Below the pieces are notes generated by a model. That model saw only the letters and a list, made by a program, of their open reading frames with translations, had not been told where the DNA came from and did not search any database. 64,000 nucleotides of DNA from Minisyncoccia bacterium. Lineage in GTDB: Bacteria > Patescibacteriota > Minisyncoccia > Phycocordibacterales > PALSA-1337. Below are positions 30,249 through 41,065 of this stretch, one piece after another. The stretch is taken from NCBI GenBank assembly GCA_044228445.1, contig JBGAUV010000001.1, positions 250,495 through 314,494 of the forward strand, written 5' to 3'. The position numbers and the translations under genes were made by a program. Every line of letters starts with the position of its first letter. The stretch's first letter is position 1.

Positions 30249-31743
30249 ATATGCAATAAGCTCGGTATCTCTAATTCTTGCTTTCGCTTTTTTACTATAT
30301 TTTTCACTAAATAAGCTTATTGAAACTCCTCCTACATGGATGGATGAAGGTATAATAATAGAAACTGCTAGAAATATAGCTTCACATGGTAGTCCTAGTA
30401 TAAGAATTAGTCCAACAGAATTAGTCTCTGGTGGTTATGTTACAACAAGCTATCCTGTAACCTATCCAATAAGTATTTTATTTAAAAAATATGGAGTAAA
30501 TATATATTCAGCAAGAATTGTAATGGTTATATACTTGTTACTATTTGCTATTTCAAGTTTATTACTAACAATTAAAGTTGGAGAAAAGAGTAAATACTCA
30601 TACATATTATCTTTATTATTAATTGTAAGTTTTGCTCCACTGTATGGACATGGTAAAAATGTACTAGGTGAAGTCCCTGGTATGTTTTATTTATTTATTT
30701 CAATTATACTAATATCTTTTTTATCTGATATTTTAAATAGAACTGATATAAGAATAAGATATAAAATTTTATTAAATATATTAACAGGTGTATTTATAGG
30801 TTTAACTGTTGTTACAAAACCGATCTTTATTTTATTAATTCCATCAATAGTTCTAGGGTTAATTGTTTATCTTTTTGCTAGACATAAATATAGTAAGATG
30901 TTTGAAGTAAGGTATTTAGCACTAAAAAATTCTCTATATTTATACTTAGTATCGGGTCTATTATCTGTATTTTTACCCATATATATATGGTTTAAACACC
31001 AGTTCAATGGGGAAAGTCTTTCTTTTATACTGTCTGTTTATGCTAACCCGCATAAGAATGCTATTTTCGAATCAATTATTTCAAATTCATTAAGATTTTT
31101 TACAGAGTATCAACCAAGTTACATGCTAATACTATTTTCAGTATTTAGTTTGGCAATAATAGTTAAATTTAAAAAATATAAAGAATTAAATTTAGCTAAT
31201 ATTATTTTATGGTTTTTTTCCGGTTTAATACTATTGGCTTATGTTAGAACTCCAGGATATTATAGATACTTTTTTGAAGCACAAATAGTATGTTTAACAT
31301 TATTACCTGGAAATATAATATTTTTATTTAATCAAATTAATCCTAAGCTAAAGAAATTCGGTATATTAGTAGTTTTACTTTTACTTGCTATTCATATTAG
31401 ACAATTATTCTATGGAAGTTGGATAAATCAATATAAAGATAGTAAGAGATCTGAAATATTAATAAAAGAACTTTCAGATACACCATCTAGTAGTGAGGTG
31501 TTTATATATCAAGCACCTGAAGTTGCTACATTTATACCAAATGAAAATTATTCACAATATATCGAAATTACAAAAGATATTATACAAGGAACATCATCAC
31601 TACAAAGACTTGAAAAAGGAATTCCAGATATTGTCGTAACAAAGGATGATCAAGTTATACTTGATAAAGTTAAACTTTTAACAAAGAATAAGTATAAAAA
31701 TGTATATACTTTAGATAGGTATACTTTCTTAAGGAAAAAATAA
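30175..31743 (+). CDS. GT-C membrane glycosyltransferase (GT39/ArnT/PMT-like); start may be at a downstream Met
   Basis: About 12 TM helices, N-terminal loop with acidic residues; overlaps the previous gene at the track start. Confidence 0.5.
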   Translation: MTNTLIFMYSLGMFSKESFWLRFTKYAISSVSLILAFAFLLYFSLNKLIETPPTWMDEGIIIETARNIASHGSPSIRISPTELVSGGYVTTSYPVTYPISILFKKYGVNIYSARIVMVIYLLLFAISSLLLTIKVGEKSKYSYILSLLLIVSFAPLYGHGKNVLGEVPGMFYLFISIILISFLSDILNRTDIRIRYKILLNILTGVFIGLTVVTKPIFILLIPSIVLGLIVYLFARHKYSKMFEVRYLALKNSLYLYLVSGLLSVFLPIYIWFKHQFNGESLSFILSVYANPHKNAIFESIISNSLRFFTEYQPSYMLILFSVFSLAIIVKFKKYKELNLANIILWFFSGLILLAYVRTPGYYRYFFEAQIVCLTLLPGNIIFLFNQINPKLKKFGILVVLLLLAIHIRQLFYGSWINQYKDSKRSEILIKELSDTPSSSEVFIYQAPEVATFIPNENYSQYIEITKDIIQGTSSLQRLEKGIPDIVVTKDDQVILDKVKLLTKNKYKNVYTLDRYTFLRKK

Positions 31744-32886
31744 ATGGCTCTAATTTATATATCTCAAAATCGAATACCAAGTGATAAGGGATATGCAATT
31801 CAAATTATGAAAATGTGCGAAGCCTTTTCTATAATAGGTATTGATATAAAACTATTTGTTTTAAACTATAAAAGTGATAATAAGGATAAACAAAATATCT
31901 TTGATTATTTTAATATTAAAAAGACCTTTCCAATTATACAAATACAAAGTCCTTTTATTATTAAGTTGGGTAAAATTGGTTATATAATTCAAGGAATCTT
32001 TTTCTCAATTAAAACTTTATTAAATGGAAGGTTTGGTTTAGATGATAAAATTTATACAAGAGATTATATACCTGCAATTATATTTTCAATTCTTGGTTAT
32101 AAAGTATATTTTGAAATACATACTCATCATGGTTCTTTCGGAATAAAAATAGCTCAAAGGCTCGCAAAAGGAATAATTGTAATTTCAAAAGGTTTAAAAG
32201 ATTTCTATATTGAAAAGGGTTTTGATGAAAATAATATATTCATAGCACCAAGTGGGGTAGATATAGAAGAGTTTGATGAGCTAGGCCCAATAAAAGATAT
32301 TAGAAAAGTACTAGGTTTAAATGAACAAGTTAAAATTGCCTTGTATACAGGGCATTTATACAAATGGAAGGGAATAGATACACTTATAAAAGCTTCAAAA
32401 ATTATAAAAGATAATATTAAAATAGTTTGTATAGGCGGTACTGAATACGATTTAAATAATATTAGAAAAGATGAAGATTTAATTGATAATAAAAATATAT
32501 ATTTTATAGGTTCAAAACCTTTTAAGGATATTAGTTCATATATGAGATCAGCAGATGCATTTTTATTACCCAATTCAAATAAAAGTATAATTTCAGAGAG
32601 ATTTACCTCTCCATTAAAATTATTTTCATACATGGCTATAAAAAAACCTATAGTAGTTTCAGATCTTCCTTCGATGAGAGAAATACTTGATGAAAATATG
32701 GTTTATTTCTTTGAACCTGGTAGTGAAAAAGATTTAGTTGATAAGATAGAGCAAGTTTTTAAAGATAAAGCTTTATCAGATAAAAGAATACAAAATGCAT
32801 ATAAAAAAGTTCAAGATTTTTCTTGGATAAATAGAGCTAATAGACTTTTAAAATTTATCGGATATACTGAGGCAAATATTAAATAA
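31744..32886 (+). CDS. Glycosyltransferase family 4
   Basis: GT-B architecture; C-terminal nucleotide-binding domain pattern. Confidence 0.65.
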   Translation: MALIYISQNRIPSDKGYAIQIMKMCEAFSIIGIDIKLFVLNYKSDNKDKQNIFDYFNIKKTFPIIQIQSPFIIKLGKIGYIIQGIFFSIKTLLNGRFGLDDKIYTRDYIPAIIFSILGYKVYFEIHTHHGSFGIKIAQRLAKGIIVISKGLKDFYIEKGFDENNIFIAPSGVDIEEFDELGPIKDIRKVLGLNEQVKIALYTGHLYKWKGIDTLIKASKIIKDNIKIVCIGGTEYDLNNIRKDEDLIDNKNIYFIGSKPFKDISSYMRSADAFLLPNSNKSIISERFTSPLKLFSYMAIKKPIVVSDLPSMREILDENMVYFFEPGSEKDLVDKIEQVFKDKALSDKRIQNAYKKVQDFSWINRANRLLKFIGYTEANIK

Positions 32887-32887
32887 T

Positions 32888-33832
32888 ATGAAAAAAGTAT
32901 CAATAATCACTCCCATATATAATGAATCAAAAAGTCTCGGTATTTTGATTGATGAAATATCAAGTGTCTTAAATAATAATTTTGATTATGAAATAATTGC
33001 TGTAAATGATGGTTCAAAAGATGATACAGAAAAAGTGCTTACCGACATTGCTTCAAAAAATAAAAGACTTAAGGTCATAAATTTTAGTGTAAATAGAGGG
33101 CAAAGTTCAGCTCTTTCTGCTGGTATAGAGAAGGCAAGTGGGGATATTATTGTAACTATAGATAGTGATTTAGAAAATGATCCAAAAGATATTTTGACAC
33201 TAATAAAAAAAATGGATCAAGGTTTTGATGTTGTATCAGGTTGGAGGAAGGATAGATGGGAGGGTAATTTTATATCTAGAAAACTACCTTCAGTATTAGC
33301 AAATTCACTCATATCATTTATAACAGGAGTTTATTTACATGATTATGGCTGTACATTAAAGGCATATTCAAGAAAAGTCATAGATGGTTTAAAAATATAT
33401 GGAGAAATGCATAGATTTATTCCTGCTTATGCTTCATGGAATGGTGCTTCTGTTACTGAAGAAATAATTTCATTTAGACAAAGACGATTTGGAAAAAGTA
33501 ACTACGGAATATCTAGAACATTTAGAGTTGTACTTGATCTAATAACTATTAAATATTTTATTAAATATTTTAATAAGCCAATGCACTTTTTTGGAGGCAT
33601 AGGTTTTATTTCACTATCAGTTGGTATATTTGCAGGTTTATTTTCTATTATTTTAAAAATAACTCATATAAGAAACTTTGTTGCAACTCCTCTACCAATA
33701 TTTTCTGCTTTACTAATTATTGTTGGTATACAACTTATTACAATGGGTATTATTGCTGAAATACTCATGAGAACATATTATGAATCACAAGGTGGTAGAC
33801 CATATAATATTAAAAATACAATAAACTTCTAA
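32888..33832 (+). CDS. GT2 polyprenyl-phosphate sugar synthase (GtrB/DPM1-like) with C-terminal TM helices
   Basis: VSIITPIYNE, DSDLEND (DxD); two C-terminal TM helices. Confidence 0.8.
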   Translation: MKKVSIITPIYNESKSLGILIDEISSVLNNNFDYEIIAVNDGSKDDTEKVLTDIASKNKRLKVINFSVNRGQSSALSAGIEKASGDIIVTIDSDLENDPKDILTLIKKMDQGFDVVSGWRKDRWEGNFISRKLPSVLANSLISFITGVYLHDYGCTLKAYSRKVIDGLKIYGEMHRFIPAYASWNGASVTEEIISFRQRRFGKSNYGISRTFRVVLDLITIKYFIKYFNKPMHFFGGIGFISLSVGIFAGLFSIILKITHIRNFVATPLPIFSALLIIVGIQLITMGIIAEILMRTYYESQGGRPYNIKNTINF

Positions 33833-33833
33833 A

Positions 33834-35717
33834 ATGTGTGGAATAGCTGGATTTAAAGGTCAAGGTAATATAGAAAATATAGAGAGTATGATAAATACTC
33901 TTAAGCATAGAGGACCAGATGATACTGGAATTAGTATTGATGGAGATATGTTCTTTGCTCAATCAAGACTGAGTATTTTGGATTTAAGTGCTTTAGGTCA
34001 TCAACCAATGTCTGATTCAAGTGAAAGCGTAAATATAATATTTAATGGGGAAATTTATAACTTTAAAGAAATAAGAAGAGAACTTGAAAATAAAAATTAT
34101 AAGTTTAAAAGTAATTCCGATACTGAAGTAATAATTTATAGTTATATTGAATATGGTTTGAAATGTTTTTCAATGTTTGAAGGTATGTTTGCAATTGCTA
34201 TACATGATAAAAGAAGTGGTGATTTGATTTTATCTAGAGATAGAATGGGTAAAAAACCACTATATTATTTTATTAAAAATAAAAATATTGTTTTTGGTTC
34301 AGAATTAAAAGCAATAAAAAAACACCCACTATTCATAAAAAAGATTTCTGATATAGGTTTAAAATTATATTTAAAACATGATTATATTCCTACACCTTTA
34401 ACAATATATGAAGATGTTTATAAACTTGAACCTGGATCATATCTTGTTTTTGATAAAGAAAATAAGGTACATACAGAAAAGTTTTGGGATTTAAATATAA
34501 AAGAAAATATAAATAAAGATAAAAACTTAAGACATTATGTTGAAGAATTTGATAATATTTTTTTGCAAAGTATAAAAAGAAGAATGATATCTGATGTTCC
34601 TTTGGGTATATTTTTAAGTGGAGGAATAGATAGCTCACTAATTGCACTTTATGCAATAAAATTGGTAAAAAACCCAAAAGATATAAAGACTTTTTCTATA
34701 GGATTTGAGAATAAGAGTTTTGATGAAACAAATTTTGCAAATGAAGTTGCTACAGTTTTAGGTACTGATCATTATTCAAGAATTGTAAAACAAGATGAGG
34801 TTATAAATATTATTGAAGAAGTCGGTGAAATATTTGATGAACCAGTAGCAGACGCTTCAGTTATTCCAACATATATATTATCCAAGTTTTCCAGAGAAAA
34901 AGTGACTGTTGCTTTAAGTGGTGATGGTGCAGATGAATTATTCTTAGGCTACCCTACATTTCAAGCAGATAAAGTTGTAAAATTATTTTTACCTATACTC
35001 TTATTTTTCAAGAAATTTTTAATAAAAATTATAAATATTTTACCATTCAGTACTGATAATTTTTCTTTTGCTTTTAAAGCCAGAAAGTTTATTGAAGGAA
35101 TACATACTGATGATTTTATAAGGCATAATAATTGGCTTGGAAGCTTTGATGATAAAACTATAAAAAATATTTTATCTAATAAATATAATGATAATGAAAA
35201 TGAATTTGAAAACTATTTAAATAGTAAGTATTCTAATTATAGGAAACTAGGAAAAAATAACAGTTTATCTAGTTTATATTTAAGAACATATTTAATGGAT
35301 CAGGTTATGGTAAAAGTCGATAGAGCAAGTATGAGGGCTAGTCTAGAAGCTAGAGCGCCATTTTTGGATTCAAAAATTGTGGATTTCGCCTTATCTTTAC
35401 CACATAGTCTAAAGATAAAAAAATTTAAGACAAAGTATATACTTAGACATATAGCAAGTAAGTTTTTTTCAAAAAATATATTTAAAAGACCTAAAAAAGG
35501 TTTTGGTTTACCTATATCAGAATGGTTAAGAAAAGATTTAAAACCAATACTAAATGAGTATTTGAGTAAAGAAAATATTGAAAAATACGAAATCTTTAAC
35601 TACGAAGAAATAAAGAGATTAATTGATGACCATGTGCAAGGTAAGATAGAAAGAAGGAAGGAGCTTTGGAATTTATTAACTTTGCATATTTGGCTTAAGA
35701 AAAATTTTGATAATTGA
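33834..35717 (+). CDS. asnB: Asparagine synthetase (glutamine-hydrolysing)
   Basis: MCGIAGF N-terminal nucleophile; SGGIDSS PP-loop. Confidence 0.9.
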   Translation: MCGIAGFKGQGNIENIESMINTLKHRGPDDTGISIDGDMFFAQSRLSILDLSALGHQPMSDSSESVNIIFNGEIYNFKEIRRELENKNYKFKSNSDTEVIIYSYIEYGLKCFSMFEGMFAIAIHDKRSGDLILSRDRMGKKPLYYFIKNKNIVFGSELKAIKKHPLFIKKISDIGLKLYLKHDYIPTPLTIYEDVYKLEPGSYLVFDKENKVHTEKFWDLNIKENINKDKNLRHYVEEFDNIFLQSIKRRMISDVPLGIFLSGGIDSSLIALYAIKLVKNPKDIKTFSIGFENKSFDETNFANEVATVLGTDHYSRIVKQDEVINIIEEVGEIFDEPVADASVIPTYILSKFSREKVTVALSGDGADELFLGYPTFQADKVVKLFLPILLFFKKFLIKIINILPFSTDNFSFAFKARKFIEGIHTDDFIRHNNWLGSFDDKTIKNILSNKYNDNENEFENYLNSKYSNYRKLGKNNSLSSLYLRTYLMDQVMVKVDRASMRASLEARAPFLDSKIVDFALSLPHSLKIKKFKTKYILRHIASKFFSKNIFKRPKKGFGLPISEWLRKDLKPILNEYLSKENIEKYEIFNYEEIKRLIDDHVQGKIERRKELWNLLTLHIWLKKNFDN

Positions 35718-35748
35718 TTAAATATTTCCTGAGTGATATATTTACCAT

Positions 35749-36519
35749 ATGGCTTCAACTGAGAGATTTGGATATGAATGGGATAAATATTCTTATATAG
35801 ATCAAAAATACGAAGATCAGCTAGAGAATTGGCTTGGACCAATTAAAAAAGAGTATTTTGAAGATAAAACTATTCTTGATGCAGGTTGTGGTATGGGTAG
35901 AAATAGCTATTGGTCACTAAAATGGGGAGCAAGAAAACTCACTGCTTTCGATTTTGATCATAGATCAGTAAATAGAGCAAAAGAAACGCTAAAAGAATTT
36001 GGAGATAAGGCTGAAGTTTTATACAAAAGTATATATGATATAAATTGGAAAAACAGTTTTGATATAGTTTTTAGTATTGGAGTTATACATCATTTAAAAG
36101 ACTATGAAAAAGCATTAAACAACCTTTATCAAAGTTTAAAACCGGGAGGAAAAATGATAGTTTGGGTATATGGTAGAGAAGGAAATGAATGGATAGTTAG
36201 ACTAGTAGATCCAATTAGAAAAAATATTACATCAAAACTTCCTTTACCTATAGTTCATTTTTTAAGCTATTTTTGTTCAATCCCACTTTATTTTTTTGTA
36301 AAAATATTTAGAGGTCCAAGTGGATATTTAAAACAAATTTCTAGTTTTAAATTTAAACATATACATAGTATTGTTTTTGATCAATTAATACCTGAAGTAG
36401 CAAACTACTGGCCAAAACAAGAGATAAATGAAATCTTTTCAAAAATAAATGGAATAAAAGATTTTTCTATAAATAGACCAAAGAATAATCTTGGTTGGAC
36501 TATTGTTTGTAATAAATAA
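35749..36519 (+). CDS. Class I SAM-dependent methyltransferase
   Basis: Motif I ILDAGCGMGRN. Confidence 0.75.
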   Translation: MASTERFGYEWDKYSYIDQKYEDQLENWLGPIKKEYFEDKTILDAGCGMGRNSYWSLKWGARKLTAFDFDHRSVNRAKETLKEFGDKAEVLYKSIYDINWKNSFDIVFSIGVIHHLKDYEKALNNLYQSLKPGGKMIVWVYGREGNEWIVRLVDPIRKNITSKLPLPIVHFLSYFCSIPLYFFVKIFRGPSGYLKQISSFKFKHIHSIVFDQLIPEVANYWPKQEINEIFSKINGIKDFSINRPKNNLGWTIVCNK

Positions 36520-38146
36520 TCTTATGAATAATGATTTGAAACAAAGCATTGGCTGGGGTAAGTATAAAAATGTAATTGTAATTCCTACATATAATGAAAA
36601 GGATAATATTAAAGTAATAGTAAATAGTGTTTTAAATAATATTGATAATCAAACAAAAATCCTAGTTGTTGATGATAATTCTCCAGATGGTACAAAGTAT
36701 GTGGTTATGGATATGATGAAAGAAATACCAAATCTCTTTCTATATAATAGAGAAAAGAAACAAGGATTAGGTAAAGCATATACATCGACTTTTATATTTT
36801 TAATAGAGGATGAAAATATTGAAACCATAATAAGTATGGATGCTGATCTTTCTCACGATCCAATAAATATTCCTATAATGCTTGAGAAAAGAAAAAACTT
36901 TGATGTCGTAATAGGTTCAAGATATATAAAAGGAGGTAGTATTGAGGGTTGGGAATTATGGAGAAAATTATTGAGCTATGGAGGTAATTTTTATACTAGA
37001 AATATAGTTAGAGTTCCAATAAAGGATTTTACAAGCGGTTTTATGGCTATGTCAGCTGGTTCATTAAAACAAGTTGATTTAAATGCAATTGGAAGTTCTG
37101 GTTATGCCTTTTTAATTGAATTAAAACACGCTCTTTATTCACTTACACCTCGTATAAATGAAATACCAATAGTATTTAGAAATAGAGTGGAAGGTGAATC
37201 AAAGATATCAAATCATATAATTAAAGAGGGAATTAGAGCTCCTTGGAGATTGTTAATGAAGAAAAAAATAACAAATATTAATTGTCCAAGCTGTGGTACT
37301 GTAATTCATAAAAGAATAGGTAGTAAAAATTACTATCATTTCTATAAATGTTCAAATTGCAGTATGTATAGAATAAATCCTTTACCAAGTAATAATGCAG
37401 ACATTTACAGTGAGGATTATTTCTTTGGTGCAAATAAAGGTTTTGGCTATTCTGATTATGATAATAATAAAAAAGCTATGTACAATACTTTCCTTAAATA
37501 CATAGATATTATTAAAAATAATATTAAAAAGAATAAAAAAACAAAAATAAAATTACTTGATATAGGTTCTGCAACAGGTTATTTTCTAAATATTGCAAGT
37601 GAAAATGGTTTTGACGTTCAGGGTATAGAAATATCAAAGGATGCGAGTGAAATAGCAAATAATAAAGGTATAAAAACATACAATGGTATATTAAAAGATT
37701 TTAAAACAAAAGATAAATTTGATGTTATAACAATGCTTGATGTTATAGAGCATGTAAATGATCCAGTAAAAGATATAGAAATTGCTAATAAATTACTTGA
37801 TAACAATGGTTTACTTATAATAAATGCACCAGATTCAGGAAGTCTTATCGCTAGTACTTTAGGTAAAAACTGGCATTTAGTTGTACCACCAGAGCATGTT
37901 TTTTATTTTAATAAAAAATCTATTTCAGAAGTTTTAAAGAAAAATAATTTTGAGATAATAAATATTACAAATATAGGCAAGACATTTAAGATTGATTATA
38001 TATTTTTAATGTTATATAAATGGTTTAAGCTTAGTCCAATAAAATCTATTATAAATTTTTCAATGAATAATAAAGTTATAAACAAAATAAGTATACCTAT
38101 AAATTTAAGAGATAATATGTTTGTTATTGCTAGAAAAAATAAATGA
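36491..38146 (+). CDS. Bifunctional GT2 glycosyltransferase (DPM1-like) fused to zinc-ribbon SAM-methyltransferase
   Basis: VIPTYNEKDNI and DADLSHDP in the N-half; CPSCG...CSNCS and LLDIGSATGYF in the C-half. Confidence 0.75.
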   Translation: MVGLLFVINNLMNNDLKQSIGWGKYKNVIVIPTYNEKDNIKVIVNSVLNNIDNQTKILVVDDNSPDGTKYVVMDMMKEIPNLFLYNREKKQGLGKAYTSTFIFLIEDENIETIISMDADLSHDPINIPIMLEKRKNFDVVIGSRYIKGGSIEGWELWRKLLSYGGNFYTRNIVRVPIKDFTSGFMAMSAGSLKQVDLNAIGSSGYAFLIELKHALYSLTPRINEIPIVFRNRVEGESKISNHIIKEGIRAPWRLLMKKKITNINCPSCGTVIHKRIGSKNYYHFYKCSNCSMYRINPLPSNNADIYSEDYFFGANKGFGYSDYDNNKKAMYNTFLKYIDIIKNNIKKNKKTKIKLLDIGSATGYFLNIASENGFDVQGIEISKDASEIANNKGIKTYNGILKDFKTKDKFDVITMLDVIEHVNDPVKDIEIANKLLDNNGLLIINAPDSGSLIASTLGKNWHLVVPPEHVFYFNKKSISEVLKKNNFEIINITNIGKTFKIDYIFLMLYKWFKLSPIKSIINFSMNNKVINKISIPINLRDNMFVIARKNK

Positions 38147-38874
38147 AAATAGAACAATATAGAGATATATATGAATATGAATTAAATGGATTTTGGTACA
38201 GAGTAAGGAGAAGTATGATTCATTATTTTATAAAAAAGTATTTTCCTTTAAGAGAAAATATCACTATTTTAGACTTGGGTTGTGGTATGGGTGCTTTAAC
38301 AAAAGAGCTTATGGTTTATGGTGATGTATACGGTTTAGATTTTTCAGCAGAATCAATAAAGTTTTGTAAAGAAAGAGGATTAAATAATGTATTTCAAGGG
38401 GATGCTACAAATATACCTTTTGATGATAAAAAGTTTGATATCGTACTATCTTTAGATGTACTAGAACATATACAAGATCATGATAAAGCAGTAAAAGAAG
38501 TTAAAAGAGTATTAAAACAAGACGGACTATTTATAGCATTTGTACCTGCCTTTATGTCTTTGTGGAGTATTAATGATGATTTAAGCGAACATAAAAGGAG
38601 ATATACAAAAAGAGAATTAAATAATGTTTTATTAAATAATGCCTTCACAGTTAAAAGATCATCATATTTTAATACAGTATTGTTTATTCCAATATTTTTA
38701 ATTAGAAAGTTTAATAATATATTTAAAATAAAGGTTAAAAGTGAAATTAAAATGATTCCAAAATGGACTGATAAAATACTATATTCACTATTCTATTTTG
38801 AAAGTTTAATTTTAAGATATATAAACCTACCATTTGGTGTTTCATTATTTTCTATTTCAAATAAAAATAAATGA
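38143..38874 (+). CDS. Class I SAM-dependent methyltransferase
   Basis: ILDLGCGMGALT. Confidence 0.75.
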   Translation: MKIEQYRDIYEYELNGFWYRVRRSMIHYFIKKYFPLRENITILDLGCGMGALTKELMVYGDVYGLDFSAESIKFCKERGLNNVFQGDATNIPFDDKKFDIVLSLDVLEHIQDHDKAVKEVKRVLKQDGLFIAFVPAFMSLWSINDDLSEHKRRYTKRELNNVLLNNAFTVKRSSYFNTVLFIPIFLIRKFNNIFKIKVKSEIKMIPKWTDKILYSLFYFESLILRYINLPFGVSLFSISNKNK

Positions 38875-40037
38875 ATTATTTAAAAAACGTTGTATTAAAT
38901 TTATATAGAATAATTGAAGTCTATTTATATTTTATAAAAAGAGGTAATGCAAAAAACAAAGTTAATGATATAAAAACTATAGCCATAATACACAATGGGA
39001 AACTAGGTGATATGGTCTGTACAACACCTTTATTCATAGCAATTAATAAAAGTTTTCCAAATAGTAAAATCATACTATGTGGAAATAAAGTAAATAAAGA
39101 ATTAATGGAAAATGAGGCTTATATTGATCAATATATTGTTATTGATAAAAAAAATCCTAAAGATTTAATTAATAATTTAAAAAAACATAATATTGATATA
39201 GGTATACTCATAACTCCAGATTTTCTAGGAGCATATAGTTTATTTATGTCTAATGCTAAATATATAACTGTGCCCAAAATTTATAATGGTTTTAGTCCTT
39301 ATGAAACTATTTCATATAAAATCATTAGAAAGTTATTGAATACTGTACCACATGTTATGGGTGAATATGCACCTAGGCAATATATGAATTTCTTAACTGA
39401 TCTTATTGTATTGAATGAAAATGAAATAAATACAAAAAAGGCATTATCACAACCAAAACCTATTTCAATAGATAAGATTGATCAATTATTTATTGAAAAT
39501 AATATTAAAAAAGATAACTTTAATATTGTAATATCAAGTTCTGTTGCAAATAAAATTAAGAAATGGCCAAATAAAAAATGGGCAATGTTAATTGATAAAA
39601 TTTACGATAAATATAAAAGTAATATTATTTTAATAGGTATTAAAAATGATATACAAGATATTAATCATATTAAATCATTATTAAAACCTAGTACAAAAGT
39701 CTATGATTTTTGTGGTTTATTTAGTTTGGATGAATTAAAGGCTTTGATTTCAATTTCAAATCTATTCATAAGTGTTGATACAGGACCAATATATATTGCT
39801 GAAGCTTTTGATATACCGAGTATCGATATAATTGGTCCTATGGATGAAAATGAACAACCACCAAAAAGTGATAAAAATATGTTGGTAATACCTAAAAGAG
39901 AAAAACCCGAAATACATATAATGAATGCTAGACAATATGACAAAGATGAAGCCTTAAGACAAATAAATTCTATTGAAATTAGTGATGTTTATATTCAATT
40001 TGAAAAACTAATTGAAAGTGGTATCATCAAGCCATGA
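38871..40037 (+). CDS. Glycosyltransferase family 9 (heptosyltransferase-like)
   Basis: IAIIHNGKLGDMVCTTPLF N-terminal GT9 pattern. Confidence 0.55.
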   Translation: MNYLKNVVLNLYRIIEVYLYFIKRGNAKNKVNDIKTIAIIHNGKLGDMVCTTPLFIAINKSFPNSKIILCGNKVNKELMENEAYIDQYIVIDKKNPKDLINNLKKHNIDIGILITPDFLGAYSLFMSNAKYITVPKIYNGFSPYETISYKIIRKLLNTVPHVMGEYAPRQYMNFLTDLIVLNENEINTKKALSQPKPISIDKIDQLFIENNIKKDNFNIVISSSVANKIKKWPNKKWAMLIDKIYDKYKSNIILIGIKNDIQDINHIKSLLKPSTKVYDFCGLFSLDELKALISISNLFISVDTGPIYIAEAFDIPSIDIIGPMDENEQPPKSDKNMLVIPKREKPEIHIMNARQYDKDEALRQINSIEISDVYIQFEKLIESGIIKP

Positions 40038-41065
40038 AAGATTTAAATGATATAGGTTTTGAGAATTATGAACCAGGTTTACCAGGTACTCCAGATCTTA
40101 CAAAGCTAAAGTCAAAACAGGGTGTAACTTGGCTTCAATTTAGAGAAACTCTAACTCCAAAATATCATATTGTATGGAGAGATGTGGCAATATGTTATTT
40201 TCTTATAATACTAGGAATAGTATTATCAATTTACACAGAGACAAAGTCCGGTCTATTTATAACTATTCCTGTAACAATTATTTCAGGATTATGGATAGGA
40301 TATTGGTTTCATTCACTTAGTCTGTTCTTACATGAAGCTGTTCATTATCTTATTCATAAAGATAAAAAAATGAATGATATATTAACTGATGTCATAATAT
40401 GTCCATTTATTTTTATTGATACAGCCGGATATAGAAAAATACACTGGCAACATCATACAAACTTGGGTACAACAAAGGATACTGAGAAATCATATTTTAA
40501 TGCTTTATCTCCAAGATTCATACTAGAATCTTTAACGGGTATACATGCTGTGAGAACTCTATTAGTTTATTTCTCTCCTGACAATCACACTGATCATAAA
40601 GAAAAAACATTATCAGAAAAAATAAAGGGTTTTGATTTTAAAAAAGCTCTAAGGTTAATAGTTAGTCAATCAATAGTATTATTGATACTTGTACTTTTCG
40701 GAAAATATTTTACAGCAATTGCTTGGATAATAGGTATTGTTATATTCTGGCCTTTCTTGGGTTCACTTAGACAAATTCTTAGACATAGAGGAGAGTATAC
40801 AAGTGTAAAAGTAGATTATTATAAGACTGATCAAGGAGCTTTCCTTAGAATGTTCGGTGATGATCTATTCTCAAAATCATTTGGTGCAGCAGGTTTTAAT
40901 AAGCATATGCTACATCACTGGGATCCACATGTTTCTTATACTAGACTCGATGATATGGAAAAGTTTATGTTATCAACTGAACTTGGACCTATTATAGATT
41001 CAGGTAGAACAAGTTATAAAAATATATTTTTTAAATTATTAAAACAAGGATTAGGCGATGAGTAA
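40034..41065 (+). CDS. Membrane fatty-acid desaturase/hydroxylase superfamily protein
   Basis: His boxes HEAVHYLIH, HWQHH and HHWDPH with TM helices. Confidence 0.6.
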   Translation: MKDLNDIGFENYEPGLPGTPDLTKLKSKQGVTWLQFRETLTPKYHIVWRDVAICYFLIILGIVLSIYTETKSGLFITIPVTIISGLWIGYWFHSLSLFLHEAVHYLIHKDKKMNDILTDVIICPFIFIDTAGYRKIHWQHHTNLGTTKDTEKSYFNALSPRFILESLTGIHAVRTLLVYFSPDNHTDHKEKTLSEKIKGFDFKKALRLIVSQSIVLLILVLFGKYFTAIAWIIGIVIFWPFLGSLRQILRHRGEYTSVKVDYYKTDQGAFLRMFGDDLFSKSFGAAGFNKHMLHHWDPHVSYTRLDDMEKFMLSTELGPIIDSGRTSYKNIFFKLLKQGLGDE